DNA of 64,000 nucleotides, from NCBI RefSeq assembly GCF_009914755.1, contig NC_060941.1. One strand, 5' to 3'. The position numbers were made by a program, and so were the translations under genes. The DNA is from the human T2T-CHM13v2.0 reference genome, Homo sapiens. Below are positions 37,830 to 57,489 of this stretch, in pieces (positions within the stretch are counted from its first letter, which is position 1; every line of letters starts with the position of its first letter). The notes under the pieces were generated by a model. It saw only the letters and a list, made by a program, of their open reading frames with translations. It searched no databases and was not told where the DNA came from.

Positions 37830-38040
37830 AATGATAACAGCTAATGTATAGCACTTACTCTGGACTAAACAGTTATATATGTTAACTAATTTTATTTTCT
37901 CTCAATCTCTGAGGTACATAGTAATATTCCCATTTTACAGATGAGGAAATTAAAGTACAGAAAGGTTAACTGACTTGGCTAAAATCACAGTGCTAATAAG
38001 AGGCAGAGCCAGGATGTGAAGTATAACAGTTCGTATCCAG
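37830..38040 (-). mobile_element. MIR element (further MIR-like remnants near 8540, 16480-16900, 25150-25290, 51520-51680)
   Basis: MIR core cccattttacagatgaggaaa...aggttaactgacttg...gtgctaataagaggcagagccagga. Confidence 0.75.
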
Positions 38041-39045
38041 GAAATTAGTAGATGTTTCAGATCAGGAAAAATAAAGATGCAGTACAAGGAAAACTATTTA
38101 GAAATATAAAGGAAATACCATAAGACACTGAGATGAGTGGTATCCTTCTTGAGGGTGGGAGTGTGAAGCATTATTCTTTGTAATTATAAGCTTTATATTT
38201 CTGCAACTCTTCAAATATATTCAAGAATTTGACAAAAATAAAAGTTTAGGCCGGGGTGGTGACTCACATCTATAATCCCAACACTTTGGGAGGCTGAGAC
38301 AGGAGGATCACTTGAGCCCAGGCAAGACCAGCCTAGTAAACATGGCAAAACCCCATCCTTACTAAAATACAAAAAATTAGAACCAGGTGTGGTGGCACAC
38401 ACCTGTATTTCCACCTACGCAGGAGACTGAGGTGGGAGGATCACCTGAGCCCAGGAGGTCAAAGCTGCAGTGAGCCATGATCATGCCACTGCACTCCAGT
38501 CTGGACAACAGAGTGAGACTCTGTCTGGGGAAAAAAAAAAAAGTTTAACATTGGGAGGGAAATTGGTAGGAGGGAAGAAGTCATCTTCCTCATGAGGTGA
38601 TAATAAATTATGTAACTTAATTATAAATGATCTTTAGGTAACTGGAATGTAGCTCAGTAGTGAAATACCCAGAGATCTGCATGTATTAATATAACTCAGG
38701 AGAATGATGAGTTCCCCAAATACAGATTCATACAGGAAAAAATAAAAGTGACAAGAACTAATCCTTGAGGATCTCACAAAACTAGGAAAGGAAAGTTGGT
38801 ATATAAAGCATAAGAAATAAATGGCCATAGAGCTAAAAGAGAGGACAGGGTAGTTGGGCAGCTACCCATAATACATGTTTTTATGACATTAGCTCGATCA
38901 ATAAGACTGACATGGCAGTGAGTAATTTAGGACAACATGATTTGCATTTATGGCCTGTTTATGACAGGTTAGGACTGTGGTTAGGACTTAGCACCATACC
39001 ACAAAGGAAAAACTGTTGTGCGCATAGCCTGTTTTATTTGAGTAA

Positions 39046-39322
<277 letters not shown>

Positions 39323-39985
39323 TGATCCACCCGCCTTGGCCTCCCAAAGTGCTGGGATTACAGGTATGAGCCACCGCGCCCGGCCAGGAGCCTCTACGAT
39401 TCTTTTATTAGTGTTTGTAAACTGTGCTGCACTTTAGTTAATTTTGTGCCTATAATACTTCAATTCATTTTAGGGTTTTAGTTATCATGAGTGGATGATA
39501 AAAGGTTACAAGAATGGCTGAGCGAGGTGGCTCACGCCTGTAATCTCAGCTTTGGGAGGCCAAGACTGGTGGATCACCTGAGGTCAGGAGTTCAAGACCA
39601 GCCTGACCAACATGGTGAAACCCCGTCTCTAATAAAAATACAAAAATTAGCCAGGATAGTAGCGGGTACCTGTAATCCCAGCTACTCGGGAGGGTGAGGC
39701 AGGAGAATCACTTGAACCCAGTGAGCCGAGATCATGCCATTGCATTCCAGCCTGGGCGACAGGGTGAGACTCCGTCTCCAAAAAAAAAAAAAAAATGATT
39801 ACAAAAATACATAAAAATACTCTGCTAATGATAGTGCTGGTGATGGGAGAAAAGAAAAGCCAATATATGAACAAAAAGCTCAGTTCAATTAAGTCTTTTG
39901 AAAGAAACAAAAGGAAATGAATTATACTACTAAGCTTAAAAGAATCTATAGGGAAAATGTTCATAAAATAAAATTATGTTTCTCT

Positions 39986-40369
<384 letters not shown>

Positions 40370-40799
40370 TTAGCTCTCTGTAAATAAACAAATCCTAGCC
40401 AAAAATGTTGACTTTTATGCAGAATTACTGACTGCCTCCAAATCACGAGGGGTACTAGAATGAGGATAATGCAGCTAAACCAAATTATATGTATGGATGT
40501 GGGTGTGAGTATACAAACACACACATACACACACACCACAGTGGCTGGCACATAGTAATGTTCAATAAATATTTACTACTACTATAACCACCCTGCCGCC
40601 AGACAGAGGTATTAGAGGCTACTGCAACTAGTTGTTTACTTTCTTTCCTGTTCCTTTACATGTATATAAATCATTAAGACTGATGTTGGACAAATCTACA
40701 AAGATTAAAATCATGGCTTTATTCTCAACTATAACACACGAAAAAGGGAGAAAGCAGAGATTTTCTTGAAGTTATTGAATATTACAGGAGTTAAAAAGT

Positions 40800-43020
<2,221 letters not shown>

Positions 43021-43445
43021 CTCAATAAAGCTGCTTTTTTAAAAAGTTGCAGGAAAAAAAATACCCACAGGTGGAACAAAGATGAGAGATGGAAGTCAGA
43101 GGAAAAATGGGAGCACTACACGTCAATGTCTTTCAAAACAGTACTTGAAAGATACTGACTAGGTCAGGCGTGGTGGCGCACGCCTATAATCCCAGCACTT
43201 TGGGAGGCCAAGGCAGGTAGATCGCTTGAGTCCAGGAGTTCAAAACCAACCTAGGCAACATGTTAAAATCCCATCTCCACTAAAAATACAAAAATTAGCT
43301 GGGTGTGGTGGTGTGTGCCTATAGTTCCAGGCACTTGGCGGACTGAGGTGGGAGGATTGCTTGAGCCCAGGAAGTCAAGGCTGAAGTGAGCTGAGATTTT
43401 GTTACCGCACTCCAGCCTGGGTGACAGAGTGAGACCCTATCTTAA

Positions 43446-43446
43446 A

Positions 43447-43493
<47 letters not shown>
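43446..43493. repeat. (CA)n microsatellite replacing an Alu tail
   Basis: About 20 CA units directly after the Alu end. Confidence 0.95.
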
Positions 43494-43495
<2 letters not shown>

Positions 43496-43498
43496 TCT

Positions 43499-43555
43499 TT
43501 AAACTGATAAAAACAGATACTACACTTGATCTTAGCCAAAAGGCTGAGAAGAAAT
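43499..43555 (-). pseudogene. U2 snRNA pseudogene, 3'-truncated (first ~57 nt)
   Basis: Minus strand ATttCTTCTCaGCCTTTTGGCTAAGATCAAGTGTAGTATCTGTTtTTATCAGTTTAA matches the U2 5' end, including the branch-point recognition sequence GTAGTA. Confidence 0.93.
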
Positions 43556-43574
43556 ATCACAGGAATCTTTAAGA

Positions 43575-44304
<730 letters not shown>

Positions 44305-44371
44305 TTAGTTTAACTTATACTTCTACCCAATCCAAAAAAAAATTTTTTTAATTGTATGGAATTTTTTTTTA

Positions 44372-44797
<426 letters not shown>

Positions 44798-45377
44798 TTA
44801 GTGATTTTAGTGTTAATGTTAACAGACGATGCTTGGAGATTATTTACTTTCACCCCCATGAACATGTATGTATACTTACACTTAATGATTTTATGACATA
44901 AAGCAGAGTTAATGTTTCTAATCAACCTAAACTTAGAGTAATTAAATAGATAGCTTTATCTAGAAATCACTATTCATAAAATATAAGTAAAAAATCTAAT
45001 AGTGTATCATTACCTTCCTCAGAGAATATGCTGACTGCCAGGACTTCTCCCCTCAAACTTACTGAAGAACAACTGCCCTAGAGGTAGCTATATTCTCTCT
45101 TGGAATTTCAGAGGCTGCCACAGTGGCTTGTACCTCTGAACTCAATGATTATTTTTTAAAGGTTAGGGGAAAAAAAGTAGCCACAAATTTCACGGACTAT
45201 TGGTACTATTTCTCCAGTGTGCTATAACCAAACTTCCAACACAATGCAAGATTTTAAGATTCTATAAACTTAATAATATAATTCTTATGATCTATTACTA
45301 TTAGGAATGCTATCAGAAAATTCTAAAGTATTCAGTTAAGGCTGATTTTTTTTAAGCTTATTTATTTCGGAGATTAC

Positions 45378-45464
45378 CTCACTTGCTGAATCAGGATGAT
45401 TAGTCTTGATTTCATATTCCAGCCTGTATTGAATGTAATCCAGATCAGACTCAGCTTTCTGGAA
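45378..45464 (-). CDS. SKA2: SKA2 exon 2 ([29 protein letters not shown]), spindle and kinetochore-associated protein 2
   Basis: ctttag acceptor, gtaatc donor, 87 nt, phase 0-0; matches the SKA2 (FAM33A) protein. Exon 1 is outside the window. Confidence 0.96.
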
Positions 45465-46115
45465 CTAAAGATCAGCACAAATCATTATTGTGTAAACCAA
45501 AAGACTAATAGTAAACATGATACTTTATTCTTTTTTTCTCTTTACATTTGTTAGTATTTCAATAAGTGATACATACTCATTTGAAAATGTGGAAATAAAA
45601 AGTATATAAAATATCCATTATCCATAATAACTATGCTCTATGAAAAATTTAAAAAGTAGTTAACATTTTAAAGTCATTCATTTCTCTATGCCTCTCTCTT
45701 ACATTTTGAGCCAAAATCAAGATACTGAGTAGCCATTGTCAGATATTAATACAAAAAACTAATAATGACGTCAATAATTTCCTAGGGTCACAGATACTCT
45801 CATCAGTTAGGCAGTGTTTTTCTACCTCTGGCAGAAAATACACTTTCAATTTAAAACACAGAACAAATTTATTTCAGGAATACTCATATTGTTACCTTTA
45901 TTTGCAATCCCATTGATCAAAGAGCTACAACTATGTGCCACTAAAATTAAGAGGGCTTAAAGAGTCACAAATTTCACAAGAAAAGCTACATATGATATGG
46001 GAGTAACAGTCTGAATAACCCCAATTTACTGAACCTGGGTGCCAGCATGGGAACTTGATCTGTAGTAAACCTCAAAGGAAGAAAAAAGGGGAGAACTACC
46101 ACCCTGAGGCCATTA

Positions 46116-46538
<423 letters not shown>

Positions 46539-48910
46539 TCACTTCAGCCCGGGAATTCAAGGCTAGCCTGGCCAACATGGCAAAACCCCATCTCTACTAA
46601 AAATACTAAAATTAGCTGGGGATAGTGGCATGTGCCTGTGGTCCCAGCTATTTGGGTAGCTGAGGCACTAGAATCAGTTGAACCGAGGAAGCGGAAGTTG
46701 CAGTGAGCCAAGATTGGCCACTGCACTCCTGCCTGGGTAACAGAGCAAGACTCTATCTCATAAATAAGTAAATAAGTAAATATCAATATTTGGAATACCA
46801 TGCCATTATTGAAAACGATGATATACAAAAAAATACTTAAGGGGGGGCTTTCACATTTTACTCTATTTCTGTAGTATTTGTAATGAGCAGCTATTTAACC
46901 TTTCAAAAGGTCATTTGTTTTTAAAATGATAATGTATAGACAGATTTGACATGACACTATATTTATGACTCATTAAATACAAAAACAGCCTTGAGTATGT
47001 TATGGCCTCTTTTTGTAAAAGAGATGTATACATATACAAAGTTGAGATGGATATATGACAGTGTTAAAAAGAATTTTCTTTTTCTTTTTTATGAGACAGG
47101 GTCTTGCTCTATAGCCCAGGCTGAAGTGTTGTGGCACCATCATAGCTCACTGCAGTGTCAAACTCCTGGGCTCGTGGGATCCTCCTACCTCCTTCCGAGT
47201 GCACCTGGGACTACAGGCACATGCCATGGCACCCAGCTAATTTTTGATTTTTTACAGAGACAGGATCTCATTATGTTGCCCATGCTGGGCTGAAGCAGTC
47301 CTCCCACCTCAGCCTCCCGAAGTGCTGGAATTACAGACGTGAGCCACCATGTCCAGCCTAAAAGTGGTTTATTTCTGCAAGCGGTATAATCAATGAATTA
47401 TTCTTAACTTCATGAAATTCCGCATCTTTTACAGGACCTTAAAGCATATATTGCCTCGAGTTTATCAGGGATATAACTGTCCTTAGAGTTTACTACAGAA
47501 AGGAAAACATGATTTCCACAGGCATGGTCTCCTATTCCTATCCCAAAACATAGGAGGCTGTTTGCAGGGAGGGTGCTGCTCTTATTATGAACTTTATCAC
47601 TGAACTAAAGATTGATTCTCAAAATCCTGAAGCCTTAGTGGAAGGGGAAAAACTGTTAAAAGCAGTTCTCAGGTCTAATAAGAAATGATGTACAGTTATT
47701 TTTAGTATATAAAAGGTTCTATTAGGACCCTACTTTCAAATGTAGAGTAAGACAAAATGGCTGTCAGAAATTCAAATGCTTCTAAGGTCAGAAGCTGTCA
47801 TCAAACAGAATTTCAGAAATAAACTAGTTTCCATCACTAATAATTTCTCTTATCATTGACCTAAATTGGAATGGAAAACTCTGCAATGACCAAAATTCTA
47901 TCTTTATAGCCAAAACTTGGGGGGAGGGTACAGATAAAAGAAAGAGAAGGTTTTTGTTTTTAAACATATTTTCCAGGTCAATATCTTATTTCCATCTCTA
48001 ACATCAGGGAGTTGCTCTAAGCCAGAAAAATTAATGTTGGGTACATAATTACAAAGTGTGTTTAAAATGATTTCCAAAAAGTGGAAGCTTTTCATTTATC
48101 CTCTATACTTGTCAGATGAGATGCCACGATTAAATTAATCAATAATTACAACTCCTTAAAAATACTAATGTTTGTGTCTGTGTGTGTATTAAGAAATTCC
48201 TATTTGCATAATTTCTCATACTAAGATATACTTAGGGATTATCTTTTCCTATAAATAAGAAAAGTACACTAACCCATAAAACATGTGGATGGAGAGAATG
48301 AGGAGAGACCAGGAGCCAGAGCAAATCAAAGTTAACAAAGGCTGTGAGCACTCAAGACCTGATTTTGTTTGTCTTAATTACTGAACAGACCACAATTCCA
48401 TAGCTTTTTTCAATGAGTTATATAACATTCTTAAGCACAACTTTAAATACAAGTCTTTAAAGCTTGTTTTAGTCATTTAATTTACCATAAATTATGGAAT
48501 TTGTGGCTCCAGAGATTCCTAAGACAGAATCTCTATTCTAGAAACCCTTAACATGTTTATGAAACGAAGTATTAAACTTACATATTTTTTAACTTGATAT
48601 TTAGTTCTGCTTGAAGTTTAGCATAATCTCATGTAGTTCCTTGAATGGTAACTTTCCTTTTTTTTTTTGGAGGAGTCTTGTTCTGTTGCCCAGGCTAGAG
48701 TGCAGTGGCACAGTCTTGGCTCACTGCAACCTCTGCCTCCGGGGTTCAAGCAATTCTCCTGCCTCAGCCTCCTGAGAGCTGGGACTACAGGCCTAAATTG
48801 TCCTAAATTTGGCAACTGAGACCTCCAAGGTTTGAAAGATTTTTACAATAATCTAACGTATATGTCACAAAACATGATGAGTTTGGGGGACACAAAACTC
48901 CCAAATGTAG

Positions 48911-49168
<258 letters not shown>

Positions 49169-49829
49169 TGATCGGCCTGCCTCGGCCTCCCAAAGCGCTG
49201 GGATTACAGGTGTGAGCCACCAGCCTGGCATCTTTTTAAGAGAGAGGTTTCCACTATGGTTTCCTGCAATACCTAGGGGCCCAAAATGTGTTAACCATCA
49301 AATGGTACCAAAAAGAGGCGGTTTCTACTTTTAAATAACTTTTATTTTAGGAAGATACCAAAGAGTACCCTTCTAATCAATGGTATGATGAAATCAACTA
49401 AACTGTCTTTTTTTTTTTTTTTTTTTTTTTTTAGAAGGAGTCTCACTCTGTCATCCAGGCTATAGTATAGTGGTGCAATCTCAGCTCACTGCACCCTCCA
49501 CCTCCCGGGTTCAGGCAATTCTCCTGCCTCAGCCTCCAAGTAGCTGGGATTACAGGCACCCGCCACCACACCCAGCTAATTTTTACTCATTTTAGTAAAA
49601 TGGGATTTCACCATGTTGCCCAGGCTGGTCTCAAACTCTTGACCTCCAGTGATCTGCCATGCTTGGCCTCCCAAAGTGGTGGGATTACAGGCTTGGGCCA
49701 CTGCCCCCAGCCTAAACTGTCAAGATTTTTTGCAAGACAATTATTAAACATAGGCATCATTACAAATTAAATTATATAAATTAGCCGGACACGGTGGCTG
49801 AAAAAAATATTTTCTACCACACCCATCCT

Positions 49830-49980
49830 GAAAAAATATATTTAAAAAATATATTTTTAAAATATATAAAATAATTTTTAAATATATATTTTAAAATTTT
49901 ATATTGCATATTTAATTTTATATTTTAAAAAATATATTTTTAAAAAATATAAAATAATTTTTAAAATATTTTTTTAAAAA
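49830..49980. repeat. AT-rich low-complexity tract
   Basis: Repeated aaaaaatatattttt-type units. Confidence 0.9.
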
Positions 49981-50000
49981 GACAAGAAAAACAGCTTCTG

Positions 50001-50180
50001 CTAGATTTGATGTGTACTTGTAGTCCCAGTTACTTAAAGAGCTGAGGCAGGAGGATTGCTTGAGCCCAGGAGTTCAAGGCTGCAGTGTATTATAATCTCT
50101 CCTGTGACTAGTCACTGCACTCCAGCCTGGGCAATATAGTGAGACCCCATCTCCAAAAGGAAGGGAGGAAGGAAGAAAAA
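50001..50180 (+). mobile_element. FAM (fossil Alu monomer)
   Basis: Monomer carrying the FAM-type segment cctgtgactagtcactgcactcc; aaaaacagctt duplicated at 49987-49997 and 50181-50191. Confidence 0.8.
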
Positions 50181-50390
50181 AAAAACAGCTTGTGGGTAGA
50201 ATGTTATCCTCTGTGGAAAATTGTATAGAACGTCTAATAACACACAGGGGCAGTACTGACTTATTATTATTATTTAGACCGAGTTTCGCTCTTGTCACCC
50301 AGGCTGGAGTGCAGTGGCGCGATCTCGGGGCTCACTGCAACCTCTACCTCCCAGGTTCAAGAGATTCTCCTGCCTCAGCCTCCCAAGTAG

Positions 50391-50573
<183 letters not shown>

Positions 50574-50638
50574 TAGTGAAGTCAGTGGGCTAGGGAATAA
50601 GCAGGGGGCAAAAAGGATGCCAAAATGTTGAAAGATAG

Positions 50639-50880
<242 letters not shown>

Positions 50881-51280
50881 TGATCCGCCCTCCTCGGCCT
50901 CCAAAAATGCTGGGATTACAGGTGTGAGCTACCACGCCCAGCCGAAAAATCATCTTAAATGTCTGCTCTGAACCCTTCATTTTATAAATGAGAAAATAGC
51001 AAAGTAACTTGCCTCTAGTTCTATTTCCATTACTGTTTTCTTATGTAGTTAGACAAAGTTATAGATGATATTTAAGCCATTAAGAGTCACACATGTGGAA
51101 AAAATGTAAATTCTTTTTTTTCTTTTTGAGACAGGGTCTTGCTTTGTTGCCCAGGCGAGTGCAGTGGCACAAATCACAGCTCACTGCAGCCTCAACCTCC
51201 TGGACTCAAGAGATTTGATTCTCCTGCCTAAGCCTCCTGAGTAGCTGGGACTACAGACGTGCACTACCAAACCCAGCTAA

Positions 51281-51463
<183 letters not shown>

Positions 51464-51854
51464 TAATATCACTAAAGTTACAAAGCTAGTCAACTAAAAA
51501 TTCCCTCTGAACACAACATGGTAGTATGGTACAGAAAAATAAAAGAATTCGGATACATGGTAGAAATTCTAGTCCTAGTATCACTAACCAGCTATGTGTC
51601 CCTAGGTTAAGTCCCTCATTTCTTTGGGTCTCTCCTATCAAATGAGTTGGAATCTAAGATCCTTTTCAATACTAAAATTCCATTATTTCTTTATACTACA
51701 AATAAACCCATTTGTCAAAAAGAAAAGTTACCTTCTTCTAATAAATTAAAAATTTACATTTAAGCCTCAGATTTTAATGTTTATAGTGAAATCTAGTTCC
51801 TTGTTTTCTTCCTAAAGATGACTTTTGCTTGTTTCTGCTACATACTTTCTGCAG

Positions 51855-51969
51855 CCTGCCCATTGTTCTTTCCAAACACCAAAACCCTATAAGCAATATT
51901 GCACTACTCAGAACTATTTACACAGCAGAGACAATATTGATAGGGTTCTAGGATCTGGTGATAAACAGA
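51855..51969 (-). ncRNA. MIR454: MIR454 stem-loop (miR-130/301/454 seed family) in SKA2 intron 1; 5p arm 51925-51946, 3p arm 51884-51906
   Basis: Minus strand reads ACCCUAUCAAUAUUGUCUCUGC...UAGUGCAAUAUUGCUUAUAGGGU; the arms are complementary and the 3p seed is AGUGCAA. Confidence 0.97.
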
Positions 51970-52384
51970 ATTTTTTTTAGTTAGATGGCAGAAATTCACT
52001 AAGCAATTATGATAATCTAAAACTCATTAGTGTCTGATAAATCGCGCAAATTTGATTCTGATAAACATCATTCACAGCCCTTTCAGTTACAAATCAGCCT
52101 CCTGGAAGCCTTGGAAATCAGTGAGGTTATTGTTTAACTTTTTAGGGGCAATGGAATATTTAAAATAAAACTAGTGATTTTTGTAAAGCCCAAGATATTC
52201 GTATTTCAGAAACCAGTTTTCTCTAAAATCAGTAATAAAAATAAAGGGGAAAAGTTTTATACTGATCTGAAAAGTGGTATATAAAATACAAAATTAGGTG
52301 AAAAAAGTCTATGGAAATCATCATGAAAGCACCCCAAGGGAAACCAGGTTACATTCTGCCAGTTAGATTTCTGATTTTTTCCTC

Positions 52385-52522
52385 CTATTTTGGAATATTT
52401 GCATAATAATTACTGGTTGAGCATCCCTAATCTGAAAATTCAAAATCTGAAATGGTCCAATGAATTTTGGATTTTGGAGCATTTCAGATTTTGGAATTTT
52501 GGATTAGGGATGCTCAACCAGT
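52385..52522. mobile_element. Tigger4 (MER46/Zombi)-derived palindromic fragment
   Basis: ggttgagcatccctaatc...aaatctgaaatg and its reverse complement. Confidence 0.8.
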
Positions 52523-53339
52523 TGTTTTGTTTGTTTGTTATTTTTTGAGACAGCGTCTCACTCTGTTGCCTAGGCTGGAGGGCAGTGGCGCAATCTCAGC
52601 TCACTGCAACCTCTGCCTCCAGGCTCAAGCAATTCTCATGCCTCAGCCTCCCGACTAGCTGGGACTACAGGCACACGCCACAACGCCTAGTAAATTTTTT
52701 GTATTTTTGGTAGAGATGGGGTTTCACCATTTTGCCCAGACTAGTCTTGACCTCCCGAGCTCAAGTGATCTGCCCGCCTCGGCCTCCTGAAGTGCTGGGA
52801 TTACAGGCATGAGCCACCGCGCCCAGCCTGTTCTAGTCTAGTTTTCAATATGACCAGTTTAAGGCTTTAAGTAAGTGGCACAAGGTATTCCATACTACTC
52901 AACTATTAGGCAGCAAGGAGAAAAGAATATATTGCGGTTGTCACAATATACTGTGTGGTCCTCAGTTTTAAAACACTTGCTTTTTACAAACAACCCCTAG
53001 ATTCTCATTGCCACCGTATGCTCTCCTACAAAGGACCAGTGCCCTTAAAGCTCTAAACACATCCTCTTATGAGAGACCTTATCTCAACAGCATTAAATTA
53101 CATAAAGTGAAAAAAAGTATTTCAGTCTCACCTATGGTGGGCTAGGCATAGAGAAGAGTTGGTAGACAGGTGTGTTCTGGACTTACTAAACAGGCTTAGA
53201 AATGCATTTTCCGGCTGGGCGCAGTGGCTCACGCCTGTAATCCCAGCACTTTGGGAGGCTGAGGCGGGCGGAGCACGAGGTCAGGAGATTGAGACCATCC
53301 TGGCTAACACGGTGAAACCCCGTCTCTACTAAAAATTCA

Positions 53340-53540
<201 letters not shown>

Positions 53541-54350
53541 TTAAGGGAGAATTAAGTATCTTAATGGAACTAGTTTGGCTATAATCAAAAAACCTACTTT
53601 TATTTTTATTTTTAAATTTTTTTTGTTTTTGAGATGAGTGCTCACTATGTTGCCCAGGCTAGTCTCGAAATCCTGAGCTCACGTAATCTGCCCGCCTTGG
53701 CCTCCCAAAGTGCTAGGATTACAGGTGTCAGCCACTGCACCCGGCCAGAATCTACTTTTTGTACATTTTCTTCTCTTCAATGTACATTTAGAAACACCTT
53801 TATCTACTCTCCTTTTACTTTGTTCATGGCTTTGGTTTACCATCTACTGTATTATATTTTAATCTATGTTTACATGGTAATGTCGCCACATGGTTTCAAA
53901 CATCTTCCTGGCAAGAGATCGCTTTTTTGTATCCTTAGTTTTTAATATACAGCCTAATGTGCAGTGACAAAAGGGAATAGATGAAAGAACAAACATTCAT
54001 TCATTTGAAAGAACAAACCACCTGGGAACCCAACTACCCTTTAAAACACGTTTTAAGGGAAATATTTCAAGTTCCCAGCAAGCTAAGGACCACTTATATC
54101 ATGTCTCCACAATCAAAATTGGTTTTTGCCTTTTTCTGCTGGAGAAAGTATTGACTATTACCCATTCTCTCTTCCAAACAGAACAAATGCATGACTATGC
54201 TTGTCCAAAACAGATAAGCAGTAACATGCCCTAACACCAGGTCACAGACATGTTATTTCAGGCAATTGGCAACCAGAGGGGATAAAAGTGAGCAAGGGCT
54301 TCAGGTTCATCAGTTCCCAATCTGCAAGCTTTTTTTTTTTTTTGAGATGA

Positions 54351-54900
<550 letters not shown>

Positions 54901-55276
54901 TAGTAGAGACAGGGTTTCACCGTATTAGCTAGGATGACCTCAATCTCCTGACCTTGTGATCCACCCGCCTCAGCATCCCAAAGTGCTGGGATTACAGGCA
55001 TGAGCCACCGCGCCTGGCCTAAAAGGCTAGTTTTATCAGTCAAAGTAGACTACTTAACTTTTTTTTTTTCCTTTGTAGAGACAGAGTCTCGTTTTGTTGC
55101 CCAGGCTGGTCTCGAACTCCTGACTTTAAGCGATCCTCCCGCCTCTGCCTCCCAAACTGCTAGGATTACAGGTGTGAGCCACTGCTCCAAGCCTTAAATA
55201 ATTTATGTAATTCGGCTGGGCACAGTGGCGCATGCCTATAACCCCAGCACTCTGGGATGCTGAGGTGGGTGAATCA

Positions 55277-55556
<280 letters not shown>

Positions 55557-55864
55557 TCAGGCCTGTAATCCTAGCACTTGGGGAGGCCGAGGCAGGTAGA
55601 TCACTTGAGCCCAGGAGTTCAAGACCAGCCTAGCCAATATGGTGAAGGTGAAACCTCATCTCTACAAAAAATACAAAAACTAGCCAGTGTGGTGGCATGC
55701 ACCTATAGTCCCAGCTACGCAGGAGGCTGAAATAGGCTTGAGCCCGGGAGGTCCAGGCTGGATTGAGTGGTGATCACATCACTGCACTCCAACCTGCATG
55801 ACAGAACGAGACCTTGTCTCAAAAAAAAAAAAAAAAAAAAGAGAGCCTAGGCATACTTCAAAAT

Positions 55865-56275
55865 TATGGCACGTGATACCAAGAAACTCAGTGGCTTAAA
55901 AACTGATCATTTATTTTCATGGACCTGCACATTGACCCGGTTCAGGTACTCTAGGCTAGGCTGAGTTTGGTGGCTTTGCTTCACACAGCAATTCTGGAGG
56001 ATGCCTGGTAGGACCTTTGCTACTGGTGTCTCTCATCCTCTTTGAACCCATGAGATATTCTCATGGAGCTAGAGGAAACATAAGAGTAAGCAGAAAGATT
56101 CAAGGTCTCTTAAAGGCCCAAGTTCAAAGCTGCACACTGTCAATTCTACCCACATGCCATTGACCAAAGCACATCAAGAGGAGAAAAATGTACTCTGCCC
56201 ATCATGAAGTCATGACAAACATGTGGATACAGGCAGAAGTGAAGAAATGGGGTGAATTATTCACTTTACCACAAT
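55865..56275 (-). mobile_element. MLT1-type (ERVL-MaLR) LTR remnant
   Basis: aaactcagtggcttaaaa...catttatt, cacatgccattgaccaaagc, ending taccaca. Confidence 0.65.
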
Positions 56276-56405
56276 TCTTCTATTTTCTTTGAGAACAATC
56301 AGAGTAGGTCATGGTAGTACATGTAAGTGACAGGGATGGTGTTATTGCACGAATATTCAGATAAATTCTTTAGTTTATATATGGTGGGTTTTTTTTTTTT
56401 TTTGA

Positions 56406-56564
<159 letters not shown>

Positions 56565-56703
56565 TAGTAGAGATGGGGTTTCTCTATGTTGGTCAGGCTG
56601 CTCTCGAACTCTCGACCTCAGGTGATCCACCCATCTCAGCCTCCCAAAGTGCTAGGATTACAGGCGTGAGTCACCGTGCCCAGCCTATGTATGTATTTTT
56701 TTA

Positions 56704-56877
<174 letters not shown>

Positions 56878-56880
56878 TCA

Positions 56881-57021
<141 letters not shown>

Positions 57022-57025
57022 TCAA

Positions 57026-57056
<31 letters not shown>

Positions 57057-57321
57057 AGTGTCTCACTGTGTGGCCCAAAGCTGGTCCTGAACTCCAGAAA
57101 TCAAAACAATCCTCCTGCCTCAGCCTCCCAAAGTGCTAGGATTATAGGCGTGAGCCACCATGCCCAGCTAGGTTTATTTTTAAAAGATGTCTCTCTTATT
57201 TATGGTATCTTGTAGCAAATAGAGCAATAACAAGTATAGAATAATCAATATATAATGGTTTTAATCAGGAGCTGTTGAATTTCCCTATATTTTATCCAAA
57301 ACTTTTTTCTTTTTTTTTTGA

Positions 57322-57489
<168 letters not shown>

